64,000 nt of DNA, taken from assembly GCA_047495785.1 (NCBI GenBank), contig JBLDXI010000019.1, forward strand, positions 1,302,001-1,366,000, written 5' to 3'. The notes under the pieces were generated by a model, which ran no database searches, was not told where the DNA came from, and saw nothing but the letters and a program-made list of their open reading frames with translations. Positions 37,365-50,200 of the stretch are shown piece by piece; within the stretch, counting starts at the first letter, position 1; each line of letters starts with the position of its first letter. The DNA comes from Lepidodermella squamata. Taxonomy: Eukaryota; Animalia; Gastrotricha. The translations under genes were made by a program, and so were the position numbers.

Positions 37365-38667
37365 ATGATCAAAACCAGTGCACGTAACAACAAGTCTTTC
37401 GTAGACTATGAAAGATCGGTCGAGGTACGTAGCTTATAGCTTTTCATCTATGTGAAATTGGTTGGATTGACGCAATTTATTGTTTTAGACTGCTGACTTT
37501 GAAGCCGGTCGCATATCTGGGGCTGCTGGCCATTTCCGTGAATTGAGCGATCGTCTAGTTGATACAACTGAGCAGCTGCGCCATGTTACCAATCAAACAT
37601 CGGAACTTGAGAACGAAATAGCATCACTCCGCTATCAGCTCCAACTCACAACTGACGATTTGCGCGAGGCTAACGAGACTATTGTCGAATGTAAACGTCA
37701 AGTAAGAAACTTAATAGCGTTCTTTTTCTATAATTAATTCCGGATTTAATAGGTAAAGCAAAAGACTAGTGAACTTCGCAATCGTGATCACACCATTGTC
37801 GAGCTACAGCACACGCTCGAAGCTGCCCGGGCAGATATTGCGGCGAAAGATTCGCTAATTCGAGAATCAGGATTATTGGCTCATCGATCCTCGCAGTCGT
37901 CTGAAAATGGGAAACCGTCCATGGCTCTTTCAACCGCTCTAATTCCCGAAGAGCTATTGTCTTATCTAGAAGACTTGATTCCAGGCAAATCAATCACTGA
38001 TCAGCTACGCACTTTCGTAGACCAGGTTCACATTCGTGACCTGGACTATCGCAGACTCGAAAACGATTTGATGGATACTCGCCGCAAGCTGGAAGAAGTG
38101 CAGTCGACCAGCTTGAAACTCTCCTCAGGTATCGGTTTTGACATTTGCGAAGCTTGCAAGTTATCATAAATACGAACCGCCTTTCTAAACTATCACTGCC
38201 TTTCTTTTCTCGCCTAATCTCATGCATGTATCTCATGAAGCTTGAATAAATAAACGGTTCTTTAATTTATTATAATAAAATTTTATTAAGGAGGATTTTT
38301 TAATTTTTGTGCTTTTTTAGAGTTGCAAAATGGTGATGGAGCCGATGGAAGTTTATTGTCGGCTCAACAACCCCTTTCAAATCGTCAGGCTCTCGAACTC
38401 CGGACTCGAATCCGTCAATTGGAGGAAGATACCGCCACCCTGCAAGCAAATAACGTGCGTCTAGAAGCCGCGTGTAAGCGATATCGCGAAGCTTCCGAAC
38501 GCGCCGAAGGATCGGAGACCGAGCTCAAAACCGAGAAGCGGAAACTGATGCGAGAAGTCCGCGAACTTCAGAGTCGAGTTGAAGAACTCGAGAAGAATAA
38601 CAGCCACTTGCAAACTCGCGTAGATAAGCTAATGAAAACCGTTCGAACGCCGACGATCGGCCAATAA
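37365..38667 (+). CDS. LRRFIP2: LRR flightless-interacting protein (LRRFIP2-like), 4 exons
   Basis: SELENEIASLRYQL coiled coil and C-terminal RLEAACKRYREASERAEGSETELKTEKRKLMREVR..NNSHLQTRVDKL. Confidence 0.8.
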
Positions 38668-39526
38668 TAATTGTAATGATCCGTGACTGTTGTTGCCGCC
38701 TTCGCTGCTCACATCATCTTAAATTTGCTGAAATTGCGCTTGTGAGATTTCGAGAATTCCACAAAATGATTTTACTGTAAGCCTTGCCGCGTGGTGCTTC
38801 GATTTTTTTCCAACTCTTAACTGGTAGTTTGACTAAGCTATTTAGAAACTTGCTTCCGAAGTATTCTGCAATTATCTCAGCTGTCTTTGCTAGTCTTTAA
38901 GTTGAAATTCGTGTAATGCTTCCGTCTCACTGCGAGCAATAATGTTGATCGTATTTTCGGCGTGTTCATCTCGTGTTCATCCCCTGATCGCAGCTTCTTT
39001 TTATCTTGTTTTTTTTGTTTCTGTGAGTGAGAGTTAAAATTCCGAAACCCGTTGCCTGCCTGCATGTGTTGTCACATCGAAAGAAACGAGACTATCTTTT
39101 TATACAATGATGATTATTCGCGTCTAAAGCTCTGTTATTGGACCAATAATCCACTCATATAATTATTAATAATTGTTTAGTATTGTATTTTGTTTCTCTT
39201 TTGTTTTGTATAACAACATCGCTTTGGAACGGCTTATTGTGGATTACCTTTCGTCCTTCTTGTGTTTTTCTACGCGTTTGAAGCGATCCGATCGTTGTTT
39301 GCTGTGCAACAAGGAAACGCTCACTTTTCTCTCTCACATGCCAATTTTCGACTGCTGGGAAACTGTTAACCTGAAATCTACTACCCGACCGGGACCAATT
39401 GTCTGAGCGTGTCTGTTACCGAAACAACAAAAACACCAAGAAAAGATGAATTAAAACTCAATAATGAAAAATCCTCCTTAATAATTTTAGGCTCGCTTAT
39501 TTATTAATTATTTTATTGGCGAAGTT

Positions 39527-40500
39527 ATGGAACAAAATGTCGTGCAGACCATAAATCAACTCGCTCACGGCGCTGAGCCGTTTGTTGTGAACACCGAGGC
39601 CCTGCCTACAGTGCCTCACAGTACGGTCGTGCGCCGAAACCGGCCTGGTTCGAAGTCGACTGACTGGTGCAAGTGGCCGGTGTTATCATTTGACGAGATG
39701 CGATCGCCCCTCGCTGTCCAGCAGCTTGTCCAGGAAGTTGTTCGTGTCAAAAATGACGATGCGGATGCGTTGTTGAATGCGCCCGATGAAAGCGGCATTG
39801 ACATGGAGGTCTGGAAGTACGAATGCCTTCGCCAATTCTGCCTGGAACTCAACATTCTCGCGGCTAAACTTCAGGTTTGTAATAGAAATTGATCTGTTTC
39901 ATCGATTTCGGACCCAACACCAACCCTGCTCTGGACGTGGCTTGCCATATTCCGGCTGTGGGAGATAATTTTGGGTGACATTGAATTTGCCATCGCAGAA
40001 ACCGCAGCAGCTTCCCTCTTTATGAGATGATGTTAAATGGTGCGATGGCTACATTGATTTTTTGCCATTTCAGACTGAATGCAATCCTCAATCATGCCCT
40101 CAAATGTCGGCTACCGAACAATGGCAGTTTTTATGCGCATCTCACAAGCAGCCCAAAGAGGTGAGATTTCGTTTTTTATTGAAATCCAGCTTAATATTTA
40201 TACATTTTCAACTCGCAGTGTTCTGCTATCGACTACATTCGTCACACCCTTGACGGCGCTGCGGCCATCATGAATAGCTCAAAGTACTTCCCAAGCCGAG
40301 TGAACGTTAAGGAGGCTAGCGTGGCGAAACTTGGCTCGATCTGCCGCCGAGTGTACCGCATTTTCTCGCACGCGTTTTTCAATCACCGGTTGCTGTTTGA
40401 CGAATTCGAAGCCGAGACCAGCTTGTGCCGCCGATTCACCCGGTTCGTCCTCCACCACAAGCTAGTCACCACCGATAGCATTATTATTCCTATCGAGTAA
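39527..40500 (+). CDS. MOB4: MOB-like protein phocein, 3 exons
   Basis: [71 protein letters not shown]. Confidence 0.96.
39910..40056 (+). ncRNA. Box H/ACA snoRNA copy 4, in MOB4 intron 1
   Basis: acccaa/ttgggt stem, CACCAAC/AGA pocket, gccatcgca/tgcgatggc stem, ACC/AAATGG pocket, ACA. Confidence 0.8.
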
Positions 40501-40936
40501 TGATTGTTTTTCTTTGATAACGAGCCGCCTTAATTAATTTTCGCCGCGAAAATCACGAGCGAGTTTTTATATCATTTTCTGTCAATCTAATTGAATAAAT
40601 GTTTCTGCATGCTCTCGATTTGTTTATTGTAAGAATGTCTACATCATTATTAAGGTGGCAACGTCCGACTTCTCCGCGTGTTTTTGTCTACTACAACTCG
40701 GCGCTTTTTCGTTTTTGTTTCTTTTTTTAATTAAAACACTCAGCGGCGTTACTTCTGGTGTTGTAAAAACGGCCAAGTGATGAATAATAATGATAATAAA
40801 TTATCGAAGAAAATGGCGACATGAAGCGTGTTTCGTTTGTTTGTTGTCTTATTTGCTTAGACGTCTAAGGCCGGGAAGACCTGTTGATGATACACAGATC
40901 CGCCTTAAAGTAATGCGATGCGCCTTTTATTTGGTA

Positions 40937-41559
40937 CCGTCAAATGGGGTGACTTTTCCAGTCGGGGTCACTTTGCCACGGAAAAATGGGGCGACTTTCG
41001 CATAGCCATATCTCAGAGGTATCAAGATAAAAACCCCTTGAGTGGGATACCATTGAAAAGCCCAAGCAAAGAACAACTGGAAGACCTTGAACATACTTCA
41101 GCCCGTCACAATACCTGGTGATTAAACACAGGTAAAGTTGAGCGAAAAAAATAGAGTTTTCGGCAGAATTTAGATGAATCTAAAGTCGACCAGGAGTGAT
41201 CAAAATGAAAAATTATTGTCATTATCGAGCAATCTCCGACACAAGCTATCCAGCGGTACCCCACTTGAGAGGTATCCGCCTTTCCACCTGCGGTTTGAGT
41301 TAGGGCAAAGTCACCCCATCTGCATCTAAACCGTATGCGGGGTGACTTTGCCAGCATCAAACGTCAGTTTGTAAATTGGATACTGTTCAAACAGCAACAC
41401 AACGTATATAATTGAATTCTCCATCATCAGGGCTTTCTATTGACGTGTCGTACTTGATATGTATCATGCCTGAGAAAATGGCATCGTGCGGGATCTAAAC
41501 TCAATCGCAAAAACCTATGGCAATGTCACCCCACTGGCTAAAGTCACCCCATTTGACGG
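40937..41559. mobile_element. MITE with TA target duplication (pogo/Tc1-mariner type)
   Basis: TA|CCGTCAAATGGGGTGACTTT ... AAAGTCACCCCATTTGACGG|TA, perfect 20 bp TIR. Confidence 0.92.
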
Positions 41560-42818
41560 TACGTGTTCGAATAAATTGAAAACGCATCGGATCCTTCGCA
41601 AAAATCGCAAAAATTTCAGGTTATGAATTATATCAATTAATTCCCCGCAAATGTCCTTATTGATACTAATTATGACATCACCCTTTTTCCGTGCTCACAC
41701 AAATGCGTCCCAATATAAACCTCCCATGTACCAACGTAGCAACAGCCGATAGTTACTTCAGGTATCGATTATCAAATAGTCGACATGGAAATAACCGAGT
41801 GCTTGTCATATTAACCACTTGAGCAGTTTTAGCAACGAATCGAATTATCGAAGTGAATGAATAACCCCTTCAGTTATTCTGGCTCAGTAATGCTTCACAA
41901 GTACATTAAATCGAGTCGAAATAACAATATTTTTCCTGGGTTCTATCCTACCTATAAGTATTATGTAAAAAAGCGACTGCAAATTCACGGCCCAACGGAA
42001 AGGCCGCGACTTAATGGCTTGGACTCATGGCGCAATCAATAATATTACACTGGCGCTATCCACAAATATGTAAATAATTTTTCTTCATAAATAATGCGTG
42101 CACAGCGTTTTTACGCAGCATATACTTGTCGTTTTTCGTATTCCCTTCCCTGAGAAAATATGCCGCAGTAAAAATGGAAATTAGCCTTCATAAGACTACA
42201 CATCAAATATGGGGTCACTGCAGTTTTTTTTAACTGATTCATCTGCAGACAGATTTATACTGCCATCAGCTATAAGAAACAAAGCCTTGAAAGTTGATTA
42301 CTACTTCCACAATAATCGCGATAGCCCGTTTAAAAAACATCGATCACTCTGAAATAAAACTGGTGATTTGCGGTGGGGACATTTTCATAAGACACTTACA
42401 CAAGCAACAAGCTAATGAGTATATCCGCTATTTTGATGTAGGTACAATATCCGATTTAATGCCCGGAAAGCGTTCATTGATTCCGACAAGCAATCCATTT
42501 CACCTGCTTTATTTAAAGCGCTTCAGCAATTAATAATGGTACCATCGCCCTAGGGCCATACTTACCCCGCGTTTTTTGCCTACCGTCTGTTGATAGCAAC
42601 TTGTATAGTTGCAGTCCTTGCTTATCTTGTTTTGTTGATAAGAAGCGAAGCGATTAGAAAGCGCACCCACTTTTTTAGGCGGCCCATTAAGACTTATTAA
42701 CCAAAAATGTTACTATACTAAAATTAATACTAATACTAAAAATGTTCATTCTTCGGTTGCAGACATTTGTAGACATTTTTGTTTGATTTGGATTCTTAGA
42801 AATTTAAATTTGAACTCC

Positions 42819-43684
42819 ATGGCCGATTCGGCAGTTCATGAGGTCGATAGGGAAACCTTACCAGAACCGTTACCAAGCAACACTGCCGATTACTATGCTA
42901 TTCTAGGGATACAACGAGACGCTAGCTCGGAAGAAATCAGGAAAGCTTACCGACAAAAAGCACTAACGTGGCATCCGGATAAAAACAGTTCTTGCCGTGC
43001 CGTGGCAGAGCGTCATTTCAAGCTCATCTGCGAAGCAAACAAGGTGCTGTCGGATCCCGTAAAGCGTTATGAGTACGACCAAAGTGAAGCTGTTGCAACT
43101 TATACCGAACAACTGCCCCAGAGCTTCATTTTTCAACCGGTCTTCACAGAAGTTCCGGTTCCAGCGTTCTCTTCGGGAACATTTTTCATCGATCCAAGCG
43201 AAATCCGGTGTCCGACAATGTCCCACCCAAGCTTCTATAGCCCTCATCGGTATGTAACGTAAATTTCGCAGTGGGCGCGTGCCATAATGTTTTATTCATC
43301 TGCAGGTATTTCTCGTCATCCCCAGGATGCTGCGAACCTATGCCGCAAGCAGCTAGCTATAATCAGCCGTACTCTAGGTGTTGCAACGCATGTCAATGTA
43401 GGCCAGTAACGTTTCAACGCCAGAGTTCATCAGGAAACAGAACGCACCCAATCTACAGCACTAATTCTCATTGCCCTGATTGCATTACGCCAAGATATCG
43501 GAACAGGTTTCGTAACGAAGGTATAATCTGCACTTACCAGGTAGCACTTATCGTCTGATGTTGCTTTCAGGTAATTGCCAAATCAATCGAAGCAATGTAT
43601 ATTACCCTAGCAGTCGGGCCACAGGTAATAAGAAGCGTCTACAATGTGTAGGCTAAATTGTCTTGCTATGTTGCAGAAATATGA
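42819..43684 (+). CDS. DnaJ/Hsp40 J-domain protein with Cys/Pro-rich tail
   Basis: DYYAILGI..IRKAYRQKALTWHPDKN..VLSDPVKRYEYD; downstream exons join in frame; 3' end less certain. Confidence 0.8.
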
Positions 43685-44277
43685 CTCTGGAATGTCACAT
43701 AATCTCGGGTCGAATTTCGGCTTCGCAGTTTGCGTTTTTGGTCAATCGAAATCAAAAGTCGTTCTTTGTGTGTTTACGTCCTTGTTTTATTAACGAAAAA
43801 GGCATCAGAACAACTCAGCGAAGAATAAAAAGAATAAAAACCACATTACCACCTTTTCTTAAATTGTGCAGCGTACGCAATAAGTAAGAACCAAATCAGG
43901 TTTGCTCAAAAAGACGTTCATCCGCAAGCCTTCACCTTTGCAACGCAGGAACATAAACTAAGAGCATAAAATTGAACTGTTTAATGTTAAAGCGCGAACA
44001 GTATTAGCTGAGGCGTCACTCAGTTTGACTGAATAAAACAGAATTGTAGTGAGTAGAAGCGTTATAAATAATAAGATAGGCGGAAGACTTGCCGGCGAAA
44101 CCGATTATTCATAGCAATATAATATAAATAGTTGAAAGTTTCAACTTTTGATTGTTTCCACATCAGCCATGATTACAATAAGAACTTGACTTTTATCGGC
44201 GAGTCAACAAGAAAAATGTTTCCATCGCAAACGAGAATATGCACATATGTCAACAACATTGCAGTCGATACAGAGTA

Positions 44278-47200
44278 TCAGAACCCAGTGAGAGCACCAG
44301 AACCGCCAGATGAGTCAAAATCAGGTGGCAAATAAGATCCGCCAACTGGGCCACCGGCAGCTCCTTGACTGCCATCACGATTGTATTGTCCCTTGTAAAT
44401 TTTAGCCAGCTTTCTTCGAGCTTCCTCCAACTCCCTTTGCTTTCTCATCACTTCTTCGTGCATGTTGATAATCTGAAAAATAGCAATATTACATTTAAGA
44501 TTTGGAGATAATTGCAGGAAAAATTAATAGAAAACGAAACACTCCACTTGAAAATCTATTGATCGGTTACAACTTTGACTTGATCATTCTCATGCTCTAG
44601 TGAAAAATCAGCGGATAAAACAATGACACGAATAGCCAATATGGCTTGAAAACGGGTTTTTTGTTGTTGTACAGTTTAAGGCATCGGACGAACATGCACT
44701 AGAGGGCACATTAAACGCTGAACTATGGGGTAATTGATTTTGTTCTCAATTAATTTTCGAACTTTAAAGGAACGATTAAAGCGTAACATGATTTGAATAA
44801 ATAAGATTCTGCCAGGCCACGATGATGAAAGCTAGCTTGTCACAACACGACAATAAAAATCGGGTGGCTACTGTAGGCACGCTCAACATCAAGTCGGTTC
44901 TCACTTATTCGTCATCGTCCCGAAAGACAGTGTTGCGCGAGCCGCCGTAAAAGTAATAGACGAGGTAATGAGGACAATCGACAAGCGTGCATAAAATCCA
45001 CGCATGCTCGGCTTCCTCCTCGACCGAAAGCGGTCGCGGCGGTAACATCGCCGCATTCGGCGCGGTTTGCCTCAAAACCACACTTTCGGCGGTGACCAGT
45101 TGCGAGACACTGGGCCTAGCTAGGAGAAGACTCTCGCGGTCGACCTGATGATACACGCGATGACGACGAAGGAAGGAGGAGGAGAAGTTGCATACAGATT
45201 ATGATAATTAATATCAACATTTTAAATAAAATTAGAAGCAAGCTCGGTTTTATTTCTGCAAATAATTCCAGCGCAATTTTCAGCCAATTTTTCGAAGGTA
45301 AAAATGAAACGATAGGTATATAAAAACGACTAGAACTGAATAATGACGTCGGTAAAAAACCAGCCACGAGGCTAGGCTGAAAATCAAAAGTTACATACCT
45401 GTGTCAAGCCACCCACTCGAGTTCTACCCAGCAGTTCTTCGGCGGTTGCATCATCTGCGTCGTTGCTGCCAGTAATCAATCTTTGAACAGTTGCTACCAA
45501 TACTTCGGTCGCGCCTTTCACAGCCTGACCAGCGGCTTGGAGCCTGTTATACGTGGTCGAGTTGGGATCTGCTTTTACACGGCAAGCCAGGACCAGCTGG
45601 GTTGTACACGATGCAACTTGGCGAGCAGCTGCAATCAACCTCTCCTCGGATCCGGTTCCACGTAAAAGTTGATCCGCAGATTCGAAAAGATTCTGAGTAG
45701 CCTCAGCGACCAATTTCGCCGCGGAAATAAGTCCTTGAGACCACTGACTGTCATCAGCTGCATACAACTGTTGCCGGCTTGACGGTATCATCTGAAGTTG
45801 ATAGGGAAAATCAATACTCATTCAATGAAAATAAAGCAAATACTTACCCGTCCCTGAGCCATCAATTCCCGCTGAGCTTCTGACGCTGACTTCACCAAAT
45901 CTTGAGTTGTGCCTGCTAATGTTCGACACGCCTCAATGATCTGCTCGTGGACGGTCAAAACGGCCACGGCACTGTCGTCTTGCCCACCGGATGCATCTGA
46001 ACCTCTTCGAGGTGGTTGCATTTCTGTGAGGCGGCGTTCGACGACCGAAATTTTCTTTGACGCGACCATCAGCTCTCGCTCAGCTGTCTGAACTAATTGC
46101 TCAGATCGCTCCTCATCAGTCTGAGGAGCGCTCGCACCGGTAACAGCAGCTACCATGGACGCCAAATTAGCCGGGCGGGGTGGCGGGGGAGGACGTTGCT
46201 GAAAGATCAAATAAATCAATTTGACGACTGCTGTTGAACATTTTTAGTGCGATCCAACTTATGAAAACGGGACGATTGCAATGAAACAAATTTTAAACCA
46301 AATTACATGCAGATGTGCGTTTTTTTAACGACAATAACATCACATTTAACCTTCAAATAACCGGTAAGATGTGGTGGATAAGGGTTCGAAAGTTGCTTGT
46401 TGTAATACCAGGAAGCAGTTGCCCCAACTGACGAGACTTTACCCTCGGGGAAAACCGGGTGAGAATTTGATTTCAACTTTGGTGGTGGCTTTCTTTTAAC
46501 CGTTTTGACTTTAAAGGAGCCGTAGCCCCAAATTTTGTACTGCCTCATTGGTCTATTTGCAGGACATCTTAGGCTAGCGTAGAATCGCATCTATACGCAC
46601 AATTCATTTTCACCAGAACATCAGAAGCTGTTCATCAAAGATCATTAAAGTAAACGAACCTGCTGAGAGGGGGAACTCTCGACCTTGTGAACCGGGGTAG
46701 AAGGCGCAGGGGACTGCACGTTGGAAGAAGAATGTTCGTAATTCTCAGACCGCAACGTTCCCAATACATTTTTGATACGCGACGATAGTTGCGAAGAGTG
46801 CGAAGAATAAGCCTGATACGCCGCAGTATCAGCCGGGTCCGATTGTGAGATGAGAGATTTAGCTGTTTCAAGCATACGACAACCCACGTCAAGCGTATTG
46901 ACTAAACTGATGACAAATTTCTGCTGTTTTAACTCAGGCGATGAGTTTTCCTGGCTCATCGCGACAGAGCGAACGAAATCTACCAAAGCGTCAACAGAGC
47001 CGAGAAGTGGAGCGGCTGCGTTGTGAAGAGTCACAATATCAGGCGGGCCGACTTCCGGTTGTTGGTCTTTGATGGCTTGAACGAGTTGGGTCGAGACAGT
47101 GGCAACGTCTTTAGCAAGCTCGACATAACGACGCCGCACGGAATCATCCGCGCTTCGGCCAACTGCTGTCTTGCAGATATCACAAATCGATTTAGTCTGG

Positions 47201-50200
47201 CGGGCCACCCGGCTAGCAATGTTGACCAGTTCATCCGGGGTTGGCACCTGACCGACATTTACGCTCAAAGGCGCACATGCGTCTTGCATGAGAGATCTGG
47301 CGCATAGAAGCGAGTCAATTGAGGCAGCAAGGGCGGCTGGGCCCGGGCCTGTAGGCGAGGCGATCGGGCTTTGCTGAGACGACAAAATCGCATAAGTCTG
47401 CAGTGAGTTGAGCGAGAGACCAGCGAGAGAACCGGAGAACTGTCGAACAGCGTCGATAAATTGAGGTACATTACTATCCTTAGCATGGACCGAGACTAGA
47501 GCGACAGCATCGCCCAGCAACCGGGCGTCGTTCATGGCGTGCTGAAGAGAGACCGATGCATCCTGGTTTGACTGCGGGATCGAGATTTGACCCTGAGACA
47601 ATTCGTTTCGCAACAAATTCAGCCGGGAAATTGCGACTCCACACTCGTCAATCGCAGGCCCAGTCGGCGGCTTGAACTCATGGACCCGTTGAGCCATCAC
47701 CACTTTCTCACCGCCTCGGTCAACGGCTTGAATTGGGCCGGTAGAAACGGCAATAGCTCGGATTTGCTCGGCGGTTTGTTTAACCGAGTCGTTCAAACTA
47801 ACGGCTTGCTGCGGAGATTGCGGTGCGACTGAGGCAGTTTCGATCATTTTGGCAGTAGCATCGGCCAACTGCTTCGCAGCAGCTAATAAGCGATTCTTCT
47901 GCCACTCATCGGTTTCAGCGCTTGCCTTGTCCTTAATCGCCATTATCAACATGCTAGTCATCTGGGCAAGGGTGTTTGCTTCAGCGGCAATTTCGTGAGA
48001 ATCATCGGCGTGGATTACTCGCTCAGTAGCAGCAATTACTGCACTAGTATGCGTTGGCTTCTTGGGCGGAGGTGGGGGCGGCTTCGGCTTAGCGACAGCA
48101 GGAGCTTCGCTTTGGCTGGTCGGCTTTTCCTTCTCAACTTTTGGCTTCGAATCATTATTATGACCGTTACCGTTACCGTTACCGTTCGACGAGCCGTTTG
48201 ACGCACCGTTATTTGTTTCATGCCCATTTTTATGCTCATCAGGTGAGTGCATGTGAGTTGTTATGTGACGGACCAAATCGGCAACAGCCTTACCAACTGA
48301 CCCGGCAGCTTCTTGAACATGAACTACAGCTTGTTCATTGCCACATTCACGCTCGGCGGTCGAGACTAGGCGGTCAGCTACGACTCCGACCGCTCCGCAG
48401 CTCCTTACGAGCTGCTCTCGGCACCTTTGATCAGTCATAAGCGACGACTGAACGACCTTGGTGACTGCAACTAGTTGAGAAACTGCGAGAGCGCATTGAG
48501 TTGCCGAGTGGATAATTCCGTTTTTCGACTCATCAGAGTCGCATTGGGCGGAAGCAGCTTTGGATGCTAAGACTAACTTGGCAGTTGCGGAAGATACCGC
48601 TCGAGCTAGGGCGAGAATCTGCTCCTGAAAAGCGCGCTCTTCGTCTAAAATAGGTCCATTCACCGTAACGACAAGATCGCCACTCGCTTTTCCGACTACG
48701 CTAGCCGCTGCCCATAGTTTCTGCCGTCTTTCATCCGGAGTTTGATCCGACGAGCCGTTGACTCCTAGCGGCCTAGCAGCGATGAAAAAGTCGTTGAACG
48801 AATTGGTCAACGTCCGGGTGGCAGAAATCACTGTGTCTCGATTATGCTCTGATTCTTGAACAGCTGCGAAATTCCTCGCATCCTCAGCCAGGGGTTGAGC
48901 GTGCATAGCGATGGCAACTACAGCGTCGGTGACAACAGCGCATTCAACCACAGCAGGGCTGGAAATATCGGCAACTCCGGCAATATTCGCATTCGCGACA
49001 GCTGTTGCAGAAACCGCCTGGGCAGCCGCGGCACTCATTGCGGAGACACGGCCTGTCAGCTGCACCAACGTAGCTGATTTCAATTCACTCCAGTATCGCT
49101 CATCCCTGTGCTCGATTTGCCGCATTAACGGCAGATTCTCACGCAAACGACGATCAGCCGCACCGAACTGGTCTAGGCCATCGGCAATGGCGTCGTCTAA
49201 CGCTTGTTCCTCAGGTGTAAGGTTAGATGTGGGTTGCGTCAGTGAAATCACCATTTCTCGAATTTGCCCGGCTTCATGAATGATTTTCTGTCTCGATTCT
49301 TCGTCATTCTGTCTTTCAGCGTATAATTTTGCCGATGCTACTAAACGAGTCGTAGCTTCAGCCAACTGACGAGCAGCTGAGAGCAAACGCTGTTTCTGTT
49401 GATCATCACTCTCCTCGGCTACAATTCCACGCAAGGCTACAATTAACTGACTAGCAGACTGGGCTAAACCTCCGGCGCAACGAGCGGTTTCACGACTGTT
49501 GTCACTCCTTTGACCGGGCTCGGCATGGGCCTGTTGAATAATACGCTCCGAGGCCATAACAACAGCCGATTGTAAATCCTGAAATTCGGGCATTTGTTTT
49601 TCCTGACTTTCCTCCTCACGCTTTCTAGCATTTCCGTGAACATGTCCGAGAAATTCCTGAAGGCACAGTGAAACTTGATTAGCAGCCTGCAACATTTCCG
49701 TAACCATCCGTTCATCGGCACAGTGCCGCGGCGCCATATCAGCCAGCTTTTCAACACTGGCCGAAACTTGGGCGCCAACATTTGATAACTGAGTTTGACA
49801 TCCTTGGCTATCCGCAGCCGACGCGATAACAACCTAGAAAATATTAAAACAAATTGTCAAGAAAATGTAACTTGACTTCTGGGTTATGTAACCTTTGTAA
49901 CAGCGACTAGTTGAGAGGTGGATAAAGCACATTGTGTAGCGGCTTGAATAACGGAGTTTTGGTTCGAAACCGTATCGCATCGGTTGGCAACCGCCTTGGC
50001 GCGTAACACCAGTTGAGCGGTAGCGTTTGCCACGGCTTTCGCGAGCGCAAGCAGATGTTCCTGAGATGAAAAACAAGCAGTGAAAACCCACAGAAATTGT
50101 GTATCTAGAATGAAATACCTGATATGACTTCTCGTCCGAAGACACGCCAACACCAGAAGCAGCTTTCAAAACGTCAGCAGCTTCGCCAACTTTCGTAGCA

